Origin: Welwitschia mirabilis
Lineage: Eukaryota
Assembly (NCBI GenBank): GCA_051453625.1
Contig: JBOZIK010000001.1
Coordinates: 27,441,471-27,461,470, forward strand
Direction of reading: 5' to 3'
Length of the DNA: 20,000 nucleotides
In this document: positions 1-12,099 of the stretch, in pieces
Layout: each line of letters begins with the position of its first letter
Numbering within the stretch: position 1 is the stretch's first letter
The notes under the pieces: generated by a model
The model's database searches: none
Told to the model about the DNA's origin: nothing
What the model saw: only the letters and a program-made list of their open reading frames with translations
Translations under genes and position numbers: made by a program

Positions 1-3000
1 TTACCAAAATTACCATTAATCTTCCCTTTGACTTTCAAAATTTGTGCTTTCATAAGGTCACATAAAATTTTATTTGCTCTCCCTCTCTTTCCCTAATTAA
101 TCATATACCTTTGATGTTTTATCAATTAGTGAACATTTGGTTTGGATCTTATTTTTCTAAAAGAAGTTAACATCTTGCACCATCTAAATATATCCTTTCT
201 TCCTTATTTTTAATGAAAGTGTTGATTAGACTTTAGGATTTAAAAAAAATTTACTAGCTTTGATTCTTTTTTTTATTTTGTTGATTTTGATTTTGATTTT
301 ATTTTTAACTTTCTATTTTATTTTTTAATCTGTGTCATTCCTACTATCATCCCCATCACAATCTCTGTTTTTTATTTTATGCTTTTAGTTTTCTATTATA
401 TTTCCATTTTTTATTTTTATTTTTTATTTTTATCATTCTCTTTGTCATTTAGGCAATGACAAGGATGACTATTTATTATTTTGATTTTCTATTATTTTGA
501 GAAAATATATTTTGATGGCTTTGTTGAGATTTCTAAAGTGATCACTTAAGAATTTTAGAAAGTTAATGGACAAACATTGAAAATATATGAGCAACCATAT
601 AAATGTTTTATTAGCTTTTTCCTTTGAAGGTTATTATGACATTACTTGATTATCTTCAAAACTTGATTTATGTATTTATTTCCATAACTAATCTTTTAAC
701 TTGGATATTTTATAGTGATAAGATTGGATTCATCTAATCTTCAGATATTCACATATCTATGAACTTCATTTTAAAGGAAGATACTTTAATTTTTATGTTT
801 TTCTCAATGGTAAAAAGTCTTATATTGTTTAAGAGTGTTCTTTTCTATCTTTACCTTATGACTTTATCTTTATCTTTTGGAGTGTNNNNNNNNNNNNNNN
901 NNNNNNNNNNNNNNNNNNNNNNNNNNNNNNNNNNNNNNNNNNNNNNNNNNNNNNNNNNNNNNNNNNNNNNNNNNNNNNNNNNNNNNNNNNNNNNNNNNNN
1001 NNNNNNNNNNNNNNNNNNNNNNNNNNNNNNNNNNNNNNNNNNNNNNNNNNNNNNNNNNNNNNNNNNNNNNNNNNNNNNNNNNNNNNNNNNNNNNNNNNNN
1101 NNNNNNNNNNNNNNNNNNNNNNNNNNNNNNNNNNNNNNNNNNNNNNNNNNNNNNNNNNNNNNNNGATAAGGAATGAGTAGTGTTCTTATTATTGTGAGAG
1201 GAATTGCTTGTTTTTTAGACTCTTAGTTCTTCGACATGATCATTTCATTTCTTGAGATTTTAGTATTTGTTTTAAGATGCTAATAAGTGAGTTTATTTTT
1301 AGCAACTCTTTGGTCTAATCATTTATTATTTAAATAATTTCATTTTTAGCATCATCATAACCACTACCTTATCAAATAGAAATTTTTTATACATCAAGTA
1401 ATGCGTTTTAAAATCAAGTGATATTATAATTTCTTTCACGAAAGTCTATTAGGTTAAAATGTCAGATAGGTGGATTATATTTTGTTTATATTACCTACTA
1501 TCCATTATTTTTGGTTTTCTTTAGTAGATCGGTTAGTTATTTCAAAGTCATTACTATACTTTCTTATCTTTTAAGGACCTTAATGATTTCCTTGCTTAGT
1601 TTTTAATAAATAGTTATTTTCTTAATTAAATAAATTTATAAATACTACTCTTAATCAATTTTTGTGGTCAAACATTTTTCTTTGTGTAGTATTTATTTAT
1701 TTTTTAAAATATTTTATCTATCTATATTTTTAAATTTGACATTTCTTTACTCAGCTTTTCCTTCATTTCTTAAGTTATCCAAATTCAAGAACACCCATCA
1801 TCTACCTTCTCACTCCTATTTACTATATTTACTTTATTATCTAATACAGGATGTATTATTTTTCTCAGGAGGTAGGTAACATTATCATGGCCCATTTTTA
1901 TAAATTTTTAAGTTATTTTAAAGCTTTCATTAGACAAAACTTTAAAAATTTCTTACACATTATGCATTGCATGTTATTTTGCTATGTGATATGTTTTATG
2001 AGCCTATTTTATAATTTCTATATTACTTTTTTGTAAGATAAATTAGTTCACAGTTGTGATTTTTTACCTGGTTTGTATTAGGAACTGACAAAGCATAATG
2101 AAGGGCTATGTTACGCTACTAATTTATGGTTATTTGATGGGGTTTTATGAGCTATTTTGTAGGAAATTTACACAGGTTTTGATGTAATTTTGAGGATTTT
2201 GAAGAATCAATAAAGACCTTAGAAATGTAAAATTCTTAACATAATTTAAGGCATTTGTGGCATATTTTGATAATCATAGCTATGAAAGAAGATTTCTAAT
2301 TTAAAAAACAAGCTTCTACTAACATAAATGGTTAAAGAAGATTATCGTCCCTTTTGTCATCCCCATAATAGATAGAACAATAGCACCATTAGATGTTAAT
2401 GTGAACTATTGAATCATCTACTTAGATACTTATTGAGTTACTTTTATAATGAGTTATCATCTCCATCATTGTCTAGATGATAATAAGAATGACACTGATA
2501 ATGTAACTGACTCTGATAGTTGATTCTTAATCATTTCATCTGTTTCTTATCTATAAAAGAGTGCATTTTTTAATTTCCTTCTACTTTTCATTTTATGCTA
2601 TGTTTTCCTATGAATAAGTCCTCTTTTGACTCTTCTAGCTATCTTCATTGCACTATAAATTCTCATAATAGGAGATGGAAGGGTAGGAGATACATCTCGA
2701 GAGTTGCAAAAATATGTTCCCTTGGTTGAGGGCAATGTATCCTCTATTAAGACTTGACTGTATTGCAACCTAGATGTTATTACTTTTTAATATAAACTCT
2801 ATTTTCATCTTTGCATATTAGTTTGTCAAATGTCCCTTATGATTTATGTTACCCTTGATCTAGTAACAATTTTTTGAGTAATACAAATCATAAAGGGTAT
2901 CCTTTGTTAAGGCTAAAAATAAGTGGTTTAATTTTATTTTCATTACATCTAGATTAGTTGCATTTTCCATTTGCATTGCATATTTTACTTTTTGCATTAT

Positions 3001-3191
3001 TACTTAGTTTTAGTATTCTATTCCTTTGTGTAAAGTAATTCAAGTCTCATCACATAGTCTTTAATGATAATATAACATTTGATTTATCTGTCACTCATAC
3101 TAGTGTATTGTATTATGAAAGAAATATATTTTATTTATGAAATAACAGAATCCTTTTAAGTATAATGCCTTGTAAAATACACATCACAATA
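1..3191 (+). mobile_element. Athila-like Ty3/gypsy LTR element, copy A: non-coding 3' internal region plus 3' LTR (extends off the left edge)
   Basis: Colinear with the reverse complement of copy B: 130-270 ~ 17080-17190; 640-885 ~ 16390-16630; 1500-1640 ~ 14900-15000; 1950-2010 ~ 14480-14545; 2700-3191 ~ 9938-10440 and 13441-13850. The terminus at 3191 (rc TATTGTGATGTGTATTTT) aligns with the LTR termini at 9938 and 19881 (TGTTGTAGTGTGTATTTA). The Athila call is carried over from the PBS of copy B. Confidence 0.75.
1880..3191 (+). repeat. 3' LTR of Athila-like copy A (~1.3 kb; left boundary approximate)
   Basis: Right end is defined by alignment with the other two LTR ends and by the junction with copia RNase H. 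Left end is inferred from a purine-rich stretch at ~1866-1877 that lies at the same position as the G-rich PPT-like tract of copy B. Confidence 0.55.
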
Positions 3192-6100
3192 ATGTCTTAG
3201 TTTAATATGTTTAGTTCTTTAGTGCTATATAGAATGTTTAAAAATATTTATATCACTTGCGTTATCACAAAAAATAGAAACTTGTTCAAAATTTATACAA
3301 AAGTCTTAACATTTCCTTCATCTAAAGGAAATGAACATAACAGCTCCCTACTGTAATATACTTGGCTTTTGTTATTGAAAAGGAGATTGAATTTTGCTTT
3401 TTGCTTTTCCATCCTACTAAGCATGATCCTAATAGAAAATAATTTCCACTTGCATTCTTTTTATTATCCTTATAACTAGCCCAATTTACATTATTGAATC
3501 CTACAAGCTCAAATGATATCTCAATTGGATACCATAAATCATAATCACATGTGTCTTTTATATATCTAATTATTCTTTTTATTACTTGTAAGTGTAATTC
3601 TTTCAGTTGGGTTTGATACCTTGCACACATACTAAAACTAAATATTATATTAGATCTACTTGCAATCAAATATAATATACTTTCAATCATACTCCTATAA
3701 AGTTTTTGATCTACTGATTTTCATTTTTATCCAAACTGACTTTATAAGATGTTGACATTGGAGTATCAGTTTTTTTAGCATTATCCAATCTAAAATATTT
3801 GACTAAATATTTTGTATATTTATATTGAGAAATAAATATTCCATTCTTTATTTACTTAATCTATAAACCAAGAAACATTCTCACTTCACCAAGCATGCTT
3901 ATTTCAAAATTTATTCTTATAATTGTGGCAAATTCTTTTGATAATCCTTCATTAGAAGAATCAAATATGATATCATCAACATAAATTTGTATAATTATAA
4001 AGTCCCTTTTCAAATTATTAACAAATAAAGTCTTATCTACTATTTCATGAATATAATCATTATCATTTAAAAAAGTGACTAACTTTTCATACCAAGCTTT
4101 TAGAGCTTGCTTCAACCCATACAAAGCTTTCTTAAGCCTATAAACATAATTAGATATATAAGGATTACTAAAACCTTGTGTTTCCTCTACATATACTTCT
4201 TCACTTAAGTAACATTTAAAAATTAACTCTTTACATCCATTTAATATACTTTGAATTTTTTAAGACTATAAATAATAAAAACATTATATTATTATCAAGC
4301 CTTGCAATAGGAACAAATGTGTAACCTACATCAATACCTTTTATTTGGTTATAGCCTTGTGTTACTAATCTTGTTATGTTTTTAATGATATTATTTTTTT
4401 CATCACATTTGTTTTTAAAAATACACTTTGTCCCAATGACATTTTTGTCTTTTGGATTTTTTACAAGCTTTCAAACATTATTTCTCTCAAATTGTTGTAA
4501 TTCATCTTACATGTCCATCATCCATTCTTCATGGGATTCATCTTCTTTAAATTTCTTAGGTTCTATTTGCGAAACATCACAAATGTGAGTATAAAAATTC
4601 TTCATAGAATTTATTATCTTTATCTTTAAGCTAACTTCTTCAATAATAGATCCTAAAAGGTGATATTTTAGATCTTTGAACTTTTTAGTTATGACTTCTT
4701 TTGTTAGAGATTCTTCATTTCCAGTAGATACTACATTAATTATGGAAGTGCTTGGAAATATGTCTTCTTCATCATTTAAAAAAATAAACCTTGCACCAAC
4801 ATCATTAATTTGTACATTTACTAATTCTTCTATCATTAAAATTCTCTTGTTGAGAACATGATAAGCTCTACTTCTAGTTGAATAACCCAAAAATATAGTT
4901 TCATTAACCTTAGATTCAAATTTTCTTAGATGTTCTCTATATTTTAGTACATAACATTTATGTATAAAGACTTTAAAATATGAAACATTAGGTTGTCTCC
5001 ATTTGCACAAATCATATGGTGTTTTATCCATATCAGGTCTAAGATAAACTTTGTTAATAATATAACATGTAGTGCTAATAGCATCAGTCTAAAATTATTT
5101 TTAAATCTTCTTACTATTTAACATAGTTCTTTCCATTTCTTAGATGACTCTATTCTTTATTTTAGCAATACCATTTTGTTGTGGTGTTCTAGGGGCTAAA
5201 AATTAATGATCACTTCCATTATCAATGGAATACTTCTTAAATAAATGATTTTCAAATTCACCATCATAATTACTTGTTATTTTCTTTATGGTATACCCTT
5301 TCTTATTTTGAATTTTATTGCATATCTCAATCCAATATTTGTAAGTTTCAAATTTATTTGAAAGAAATGAAACCCATGTATATCTAGAAAAATTATGAAT
5401 CATAGTAAGAAAATAGCATTTACCACCTAAACTTTGAGTTTGAGAGAGGTATATTAAGTTCATATGAATGAGTTCTAACAACATAGTTGTAGAAACATAG
5501 TTTTTACTATTATGTGAAGTTCTTATTTATTTTCCTCTTTGGCATGCATCACATAAACCATGTTTTTCAACATTTATTTTTTAAATAACTTTAATAATGT
5601 ATTTATGAATAATTATTTTTAATTGATTGTAATTAACATAACCCAATCATTTATGCCAAAGCTCTTCTTGAGCAACATGAGAAAAATAACAAAAAGAGAA
5701 CGGTTAATCTATACCATAAACATTATCTATTGTATCTACTTTAAGAATAAATCATTTATTTTGCTTTGTAAAATTTCACATTTATACTTATAAAAAATGA
5801 CCTTATAACCATTTTCACAAATTTGGCTAGTACTTAGTAAAATTATGATTTAAATCATTAACATATAAAACTTTATTTATTTTAGGTAAGTTACCTCCAC
5901 TGATGCTTCAGACACCTTTAATTTTTACTCTTTCATTATTACTAAAAGTAAATTCTTCTCCATTAAATCTACTTAACTATTTGAATCTATATTTATCTCT
6001 CATTGTATGTTATAAGCACCCATTATCCAAATACTAGCTACTACCATTTGAAGCCTTTAAAGCTGTCTAAATTAAGATACTTTTTAAATTATTAGCTTTC

Positions 6101-7653
6101 ATTCACTTAGTCCTTTTAGACTGATGTGGTATACCTCCTTTTGGAATAAATTTAAATAGAAAGAAACTAACTAAATTTAAAAATAACATTAATTTTCTAG
6201 CATTATAAAATAGCTTTAAATGATTTGACTTACCACAAAAATGATAAGTAACTTTAGAAATAAACTTAACTTACTAAGTTACCTGATTTTGCTGACTTCA
6301 TGGTTTTTGGGTGATAGACCCAATACCTGACTTATCATAAGCTAGTTTTCAAATTCTAAGCATCTATTCCAATTTAGATGAACTACTGGACAATTTATAA
6401 ACAAAATGAGATAAATATTTTATCTATAAAATGGAATTAAAATTGTCAAATTTGACCTTTTTGTACTTCAATTCCATTTCCTTCTTTTCTTTAGTAAGAT
6501 ATTTTACAATATTTTTTAGATCATTTATGCAATTTACCAACTTTTCACATTTCAAGTACAGTTATTAACAAGTATCTTCTAGCTTAACCTATTCTGTAAT
6601 AAAGGCCCAATAGCCATAAAAGAGAGTCTTCTATCTTCATCTAAATATTGACATGAACTATTATCATCATCCTCATTCCCATTATTCCATGTTACAATGA
6701 ATGAAGATGTCTTTAATTTTCTATGTTCTCTCTTATTGTTCGGGCACTCATTTGCCATATGTTCAAAGCCTTTGTATGTATAACATTAGATCTCTTTTTT
6801 TTAATCTTTATTCTTCCTGTACTTTGAGTGTTCTCTTCTTGTACCTCTACTTGGCTCACCTTCCTTATTTCTTCTATGTAATAATTTCTTAAATAATCTT
6901 GCTAGGTGAGTAACTTTATCATCATCTAGATCTTCATTTGATTTATCTGACCTGTACTCTTCCTACACACACTTTAAATTAATACCTTTCTTCTTATCTT
7001 TAGAAATTTTAATTTATATGTTTGTAAATTACATTGGATCTCTTCTAGCACCATTATGTTGATATTATTCCTTTTTTTAATTGTTGTGACTTTTGATTCA
7101 AATCTCTTTGGAAGGAATCTCAACACTTTTCTGACCACTTTTGCTTCATCTAATTTTTCACTCAGACTTTTCATGGAATTAATGATATTAATAAGTTTAC
7201 TATAGAGCTTTTGTAAAGTTTCCTCCTCATCCATATGAATGTCTTTAAATTTTAAAATAAGCATTTAAAGTTTAACTCACTTAACTATGGATATATCTTC
7301 ATCTGTGACTTTAAAAATACCTCATGCCCCTTTTGCATGTTTACAATTTACAATCCAATTGAATTCATCTATACAAACTATATAAAATATAGCACTAAGA
7401 GCATAAGTATCTGTGGTAGCTTTGGATCTATTGGTGGAAGTTCATTAGTCTCAGGTTTTTAAAAATAAATATTATTACCACTCACATTGATTTTCACTAA
7501 AGTAGGCATAGTATATCCTTTGTAAATAATCTCTTTAATGTCTACATCTAGTGATCTAAAGAAGATTATCATTCAGGATTTTTAATAATCATAATTTAAC
7601 CCATTAAATATAGGTGGACGACCAGTGGAAAAACCATTAGTGAAATTACTCAT
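3192..7653 (-). pseudogene. Degenerate Ty1/copia (SIRE/Sirevirus lineage) gag-pol polyprotein
   Basis: Minus-strand translation gives copia domain order. Gag start at 7653: MSNFTNGFSTGRPPIFNGLNYDY*KS*MIIF. UBN2-type gag in ORF 6974-7264 (KVVRKVLRFLPKRFESKVTTI). Zinc knuckles CYTYKGFEHMANECP (~6740-6786) and YHFCGKSNHLK (~6215-6247). Protease *YLDNGCL*H (~6010-6038, cf. WYLDSGCSRH). GAG-pre-integrase LWHK*LGY and CDACQRGK. Integrase in ORF 5203-5484, RTPQQNGIA and ORF 4507-5031 (IFLGYSTRSRAY). RT in ORF 3861-4124 (YGLKQALKAWY, IYVDDIIF). RNase H in ORF 3322-3690 (WKSKKQNSISFS) and CDNAS...RTKHI (~3200-3270). Many stops and frameshifts. Confidence 0.93.
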
Positions 7654-7705
7654 TTTTATGTCCTAGAGTCTAGATCAATTAAAATCTTAACATAGAATCA
7701 ACATA

Positions 7706-7717
7706 GCTTTGATACTA
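7706..7717 (-). promoter_or_regulatory. Primer-binding site (tRNA-Met-i type, degenerate)
   Basis: rc TAGTATCAAAGC versus canonical TGGTATCAGAGC (2 G>A changes), 2 nt from the LTR end CA at 7720-7721 and ~50 nt upstream of the gag ATG. Confidence 0.85.
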
Positions 7718-7719
7718 AA

Positions 7720-8330
7720 TGTTGGATCAAGAATCCTAGGGGGTGAATAAGATTCTAAAAGCTTAATTAATAATCTTCAAAATAAAAATACTTTCCTTAA
7801 AAAAGAATCGTTGAAAAACTTGTGGATGAAAACTTAAAATATTCTAAAAAATGAAAAAAAAGCATAAAAATATCAAGCAGAAGCACACAAGATATATAGT
7901 GGTTTAAAAAAGCCCCCTACTCCACTCTGAATGATTAGCTTCTATCGAAGAATAATCTAGATCTCCCTTAATCTCATCTAGGTATTGCAAATTTACTTGT
8001 AACCTTTACAAATGGACTTTTTTCAAAGGCTCAATCTCAACCTTAGTTTAAAAGTATCAGGAGCATAGTGCTCAGGTCTGGTTGACCCCTCTAATGTCTA
8101 CCCTATCCCTTAATGATTAGTTAAGAAGTATTAGTTCTTAGGTTTAAAAGTTCAGTCAACTCCTAAAATTTCTGGTTGATCCCTCTGAATTCATTTCATT
8201 TCTAAGTATTTGCTTTAGATGTGGTTGACCCCTTAGAAGTCTGGTTGACTCCCTTAGAAGGTAACAATATTTGAGAGGTTTCAGGATTAAAATGTGATAA
8301 ACATTACTCCAGGTTTTGACTTGTAAGTTA
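7720..8330 (-). repeat. 5' LTR of the Sirevirus-type element (outer end lost at or near the 8331-8340 gap)
   Basis: TG terminus at 7720 next to the PBS. rc ATTCACCCCC at 7739-7748, ~20 nt from the LTR end, matches the Sirevirus C-rich integrase signal. Repeated TCTGGTTGACCCCT motifs at 8077, 8171, 8221 and 8240. Confidence 0.75.
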
Positions 8331-8405
8331 NNNNNNNNNNAACAAATTTTGCTACATAGAAAATATTAGTTTGATACTAATTGGCAAATAATAGTTTAAC
8401 AATTA

Positions 8406-8428
8406 CATCCATCATCATCATCATCATC
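8406..8428 (+). repeat. (CAT)n microsatellite
   Basis: catccatcatcatcatcatcatc read directly. Confidence 0.8.
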
Positions 8429-8450
8429 TAATAGATCCATTTATGTGAGG

Positions 8451-9372
8451 GATAAGGGCTAGATGTTTATGACTACGTATCACATAACCAATTACATTTA
8501 AAGTTATACCTATAACTTTAAAAATTATTATGTACTTATTTGTCTAGTATTAATATGTGTAGGCCATGTAATGAATATGAGAATGGTGTAAAGAAGTTCA
8601 TAGAATTTGCAATTAAAAATTCTTTTAGTTCTTAATGCATACTTTGTCCATGTGTAAAATGCTACAATACATTTTTAAAAACATCAAAAGAACCCTATGA
8701 TTAATGTAGTGGTAAAAATATAGTACAAGGTGATCCTATTTTCATGGTGAAAGAATCCTTTATGTGCTTTAATGATGGCAAGCAAGCACATAAAGGAAAA
8801 GACATCAAGGATTTCTCAAATTTTGATAATTTTAGTGGTGATGTAAAAAAATGAAAAATATGATGAGTTAATTAAAGAAGATAAGGAACCATTGTACCTT
8901 AGTTGCATAAAATATTTAAAGATTTCTATGATTATCAAATTAGTTACCATTAAAGTAATGAGTTGATAGTAAAGTTCAACATTCTTAATTTTGCTTGATC
9001 TATTGCATGATGTTTTTCTAGAGGATAATACAATTCCAAGTTCTTATGATTAATTGAAAAGGATACTTCACTTCCTAGGTATGAAATGTAATAAAATACA
9101 TGCATGCCCTAATGACTATGTGCTATATTAGAAGAAGCATGAGAAGTAATGTGGTGCATCTTGATGAATATTAAATAGAGGTCCCAAATATAGTAAGCTA
9201 GACAAAAGATTACTTATCAAATTATTGCAATACGTTCTATTAGTTTCAAGGCTACAAAGGCTTTTTTCATCACTCACAATAGTGGAATATATGATATGGC
9301 ATTCAAAAAGGTAGATAGATCATGGCATTATATGACATTCAATAGATAGACTATGCTAACAAACACTTTTAT
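8451..9372 (+). pseudogene. CACTA/En-Spm Tnp2 (TnpD-like) transposase N-terminal remnant
   Basis: Plus-strand motifs in the expected order: DKG*M (cf. MDKSWM), EYENGVKKFIEFA, LCPCVKCYN (transposase-associated domain), KEPLYLSCIKY, LLDLLHDVFLEDNTIPSSYD, LGMKCNKIHACPNDYVLY, KLLQYVLLVSRLQRLF, MIWHS, GII*HSID..KHF (cf. DGMLRHPAD..WKHF). Multiple stops and frameshifts. Confidence 0.88.
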
Positions 9373-10627
9373 GGATATCTTTTCAAAAATGGAAAACAAG
9401 GATTTATCATAAATGTATTTGGTCCCAATAGAATAGATCTTAAGAGAAGGACTACAAGTTGAGATAGATTCATAACTAGAACATGTGCCTTAAAGTCCCA
9501 GAATAAAAATTCCTCTATCTTATAAAAGAAAGAAAGGAGAGTCAAGGTAGCCAAGGGCTCCTTCAAGAAGGAGAGGCAAAAGTAAAGAGACAATAACTAA
9601 AGAACCAATAGATACAAAAGCTATAGATTTGAATGATCCTATTTTATAGGAAGAACAAAGAAAAATTAGAGCTACCTTAGAATAAAAAAAACAATTAGCC
9701 CAATTTGCTAAAGAATTAAAAGAATTAGATTTCAATGAAGAGCATCCTCTTGTTTTTAAAAGGAGAAAAAAATGATAGGTCTATTTTTCTACTAATAAGT
9801 AAACATAATGATGTAAACTTTTCTTATTAATGAAATGTTTCTATTCTTATAATTATATGTTTTAGATGGTATTTGACATTTCTCTTTAGCATTTAGATTA
9901 ATATATTAGTTAGTTAGTAGGTTAGTTAGTTAGTATGTGTTATGTTATGTATTTATGTAAGTTTTTACATTCAAAGAGATCCTATCATTTATAACCAAAT
10001 AGATATCTTATATAATACATCACACTAGTATGAGTGGAAGTAGACCTAAAATATCGTATTTATATTGAAGGCTATGACTATGAGACTTAGGTTGCTTTGT
10101 AAAAGAATATAGGAACCAGAAATAAATAATAAATGCAAAAAAAAAGAAGTGTAATGCACAATGCAAGATGCAACTATTCTAAATTCAAATGTAAAATTAC
10201 TTAACTCTACTTGCTTTTAGCTTAATAAAGGCTACCATTGATAATCTATATCATCTAAGAAATTATCACTAGATCAAGGGCAACATAGAGTATAAGGTTC
10301 ATCAGATAATCTACAATGAAAATATGAAAACAAAACAAATTTTATATTAAGAAGAAGTAACAAGCATCTTAATTATAAAACAACTAGATCTTAATGGAGG
10401 ATACACAAATCTCTACCAAGTGTACATCTTTTTGCAACACTCAATAAGGATATTTCATCCTTCGACCTCCTATCACAAGGATTTCCAGTGTAATGAAGAT
10501 GAGAAGAAGAGTCAAAGGGGNNNNNNNNNNNNNNNNNNNNNNNNNNNNNNNNNNNNNNNNNNNNNNNNNNNNNNNNNNNNNNNNNNGATCCTATCATTTA
10601 TAACCAAATAGATATCTTATATAATAC

Positions 10628-10857
10628 TGTTGAAAAAATAGGGTACAATGGGTATGCCCCAGTGGTTATCTTTACTTTAGCTCATATTATTTAGGACCCG
10701 ATCCACATTTTTTGGATCTATTGTTAGTCTGTAAGTTAATTATTTATTTGCATTCAATAATGAAATCCGTGATTTGTACTTTCACGCTAATCTTCAAACT
10801 CCATTTTTCAGATTTCATTCTTCCTCCTGCTATGCTTCTATGTGCTCTATAATTACA
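10628..10857 (+). repeat. 5' LTR (230 bp) of the TR-GAG-like element
   Basis: TGTTGAAAAAATAGG...ATAATTACA; direct repeat of 13210-13439 with about 28 mismatches by hand count. Confidence 0.92.
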
Positions 10858-10859
10858 AT

Positions 10860-10871
10860 TGATATCAAAGT
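10860..10871 (+). promoter_or_regulatory. Primer-binding site (tRNA-Met-i type, degenerate)
   Basis: TGATATCAAAGT versus TGGTATCAGAGC (3 transitions), 2 nt after the LTR CA. Confidence 0.75.
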
Positions 10872-12099
10872 TGAAGGATTGAGAGTTTCTATTTAATCGT
10901 GGTCTCTCAAGATCCTATGAAAGAAGCCTCTAGACTATTTTATTTATGAAAAATGCAACCATAATTTCTAAAAATATCAAAATCGAAGATATTATCATCT
11001 TATGAAGTTCATTCTGGTGTAAGAAGATTTTATTTTTAATGTTTTACATGGTGCATAATGCTCCCACAGCAGATGTGTAGTAAGATCAACCTGAAGATTC
11101 AGTAAAAACAAAAGATTAAGTCAAATTTCAAGGCAAGCAGTGACTGCATATGCGTAGTCTGTTAATAAGCGTGAGAGCCATCACTCTTGAATGCATCAAA
11201 AAATCACACTATGATGTGATAGGATTTCAACTGCATCACTTAAACAATTTTAAGGAGAATCAATGGTTACAATATTTTTTTGATTTCTGTGTAAGAAAAT
11301 TTGCATGTTTTATTAGTTGTTTGTCTCTGTGAAATCCATTTTCCCATTTTGCAGAGCCTCACCTCCCTCTAACTTACATGAACTCCAATCGTGGCCTGCT
11401 TGTGTCATTTCTTTGGTGTTTGTTTTTCTGAGGCAAGGATTCTTCATTTGGTAGAGAGAGGCCTTTGGTTTTTAAGTTGCAATTCATCTTCTCTTTCTTA
11501 TTTTTCTGTAAGTTTCAACTGGCAGAGGCGTTGATAGATTGCAATTTGAAGTTTTTGCATTTCTTACTTCTGTCGAGGGTTTTCTTTTCTCTTTTCATTA
11601 ATAGTGATTGGAATATCTTCTAAAGGATCTGTGTGGAAGCTGAGATCGTCCTAATTTTCATTCTCTTTAAACTCATAATGTTTCAAGTGGGCTAAATGTT
11701 GTGATGGAGACCAAGGATAAACAAGGATTTCAATGATTCATGTTGCAATTCACTTTCTATTTCTATAATCCCTGGTAAAGCGTAAAATTCCTGCTTTATT
11801 CTTTTATGCTCCATAGTATTTGTTATTGAGATAAACCTATGGTTGTATGTGATTTTTTGGATAGACTATACTGTTTTACATACTCGTTTCACTGCATACA
11901 GCAACTGAAGCACCATTAAATAATGATTCATCATCAATGGAAGCACCATCCAATAACAAATCTCTAGGAAGTATTTCGAGGACCAATTTGGAATAATGAC
12001 ATTTTATTTGATGTAAGGCTATCCATTCTATTTATAAAACTATCATAGAAATTACTTTTTGAGTGGTGTGAGGAGAGAGGATCCACATTAAAAAGGGGT

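Larger units (their letters stand above)
3192..8330 (-). mobile_element. Sirevirus/SIRE-type copia LTR retrotransposon, 3' part cut off by the Athila-like insertion
   Basis: gag-pol remnant, PBS, and an LTR with a C-rich signal and palindromic repeated motifs; two gag zinc knuckles, as is typical of the SIRE lineage. Confidence 0.8.

Noticed and set aside
759..1176. ORFs 759-1169 and 877-1176
   Set aside because: Open only because they run through an N gap.
1664..2036. Hydrophobic short ORFs resembling membrane or env-like peptides (also 17117-17398, 19330-19521, 19720-19959)
   Set aside because: F/L/I/Y richness is explained by T-rich non-coding composition; no recognisable motifs, and I saw no corresponding ORFs in the homologous copy.
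4376..6892. Plus-strand ORFs 4376-4588, 4676-4861 and 6701-6892
   Set aside because: Antisense shadows of the copia gag-pol.
9369..9735. Minus-strand ORFs 9369-9593 and 9520-9735
   Set aside because: Antisense to purine-rich plus-strand transposon sequence; no independent support.
9906..9933. (TTAG)n tract as a telomeric repeat
   Set aside because: Short tetranucleotide run that does not match TTTAGGG or TTAGGG arrays.
10022..10030. CACTAG as a CACTA terminal inverted repeat (also 19967-19972 and rc at 3101-3106)
   Set aside because: It is an internal, conserved part of the Athila-like LTR present in three copies, not a transposon end.
11150..11332. 60-aa ORF in the TR-GAG leader as an extra gene
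   Set aside because: Short, with no recognisable domain; within chance expectation.
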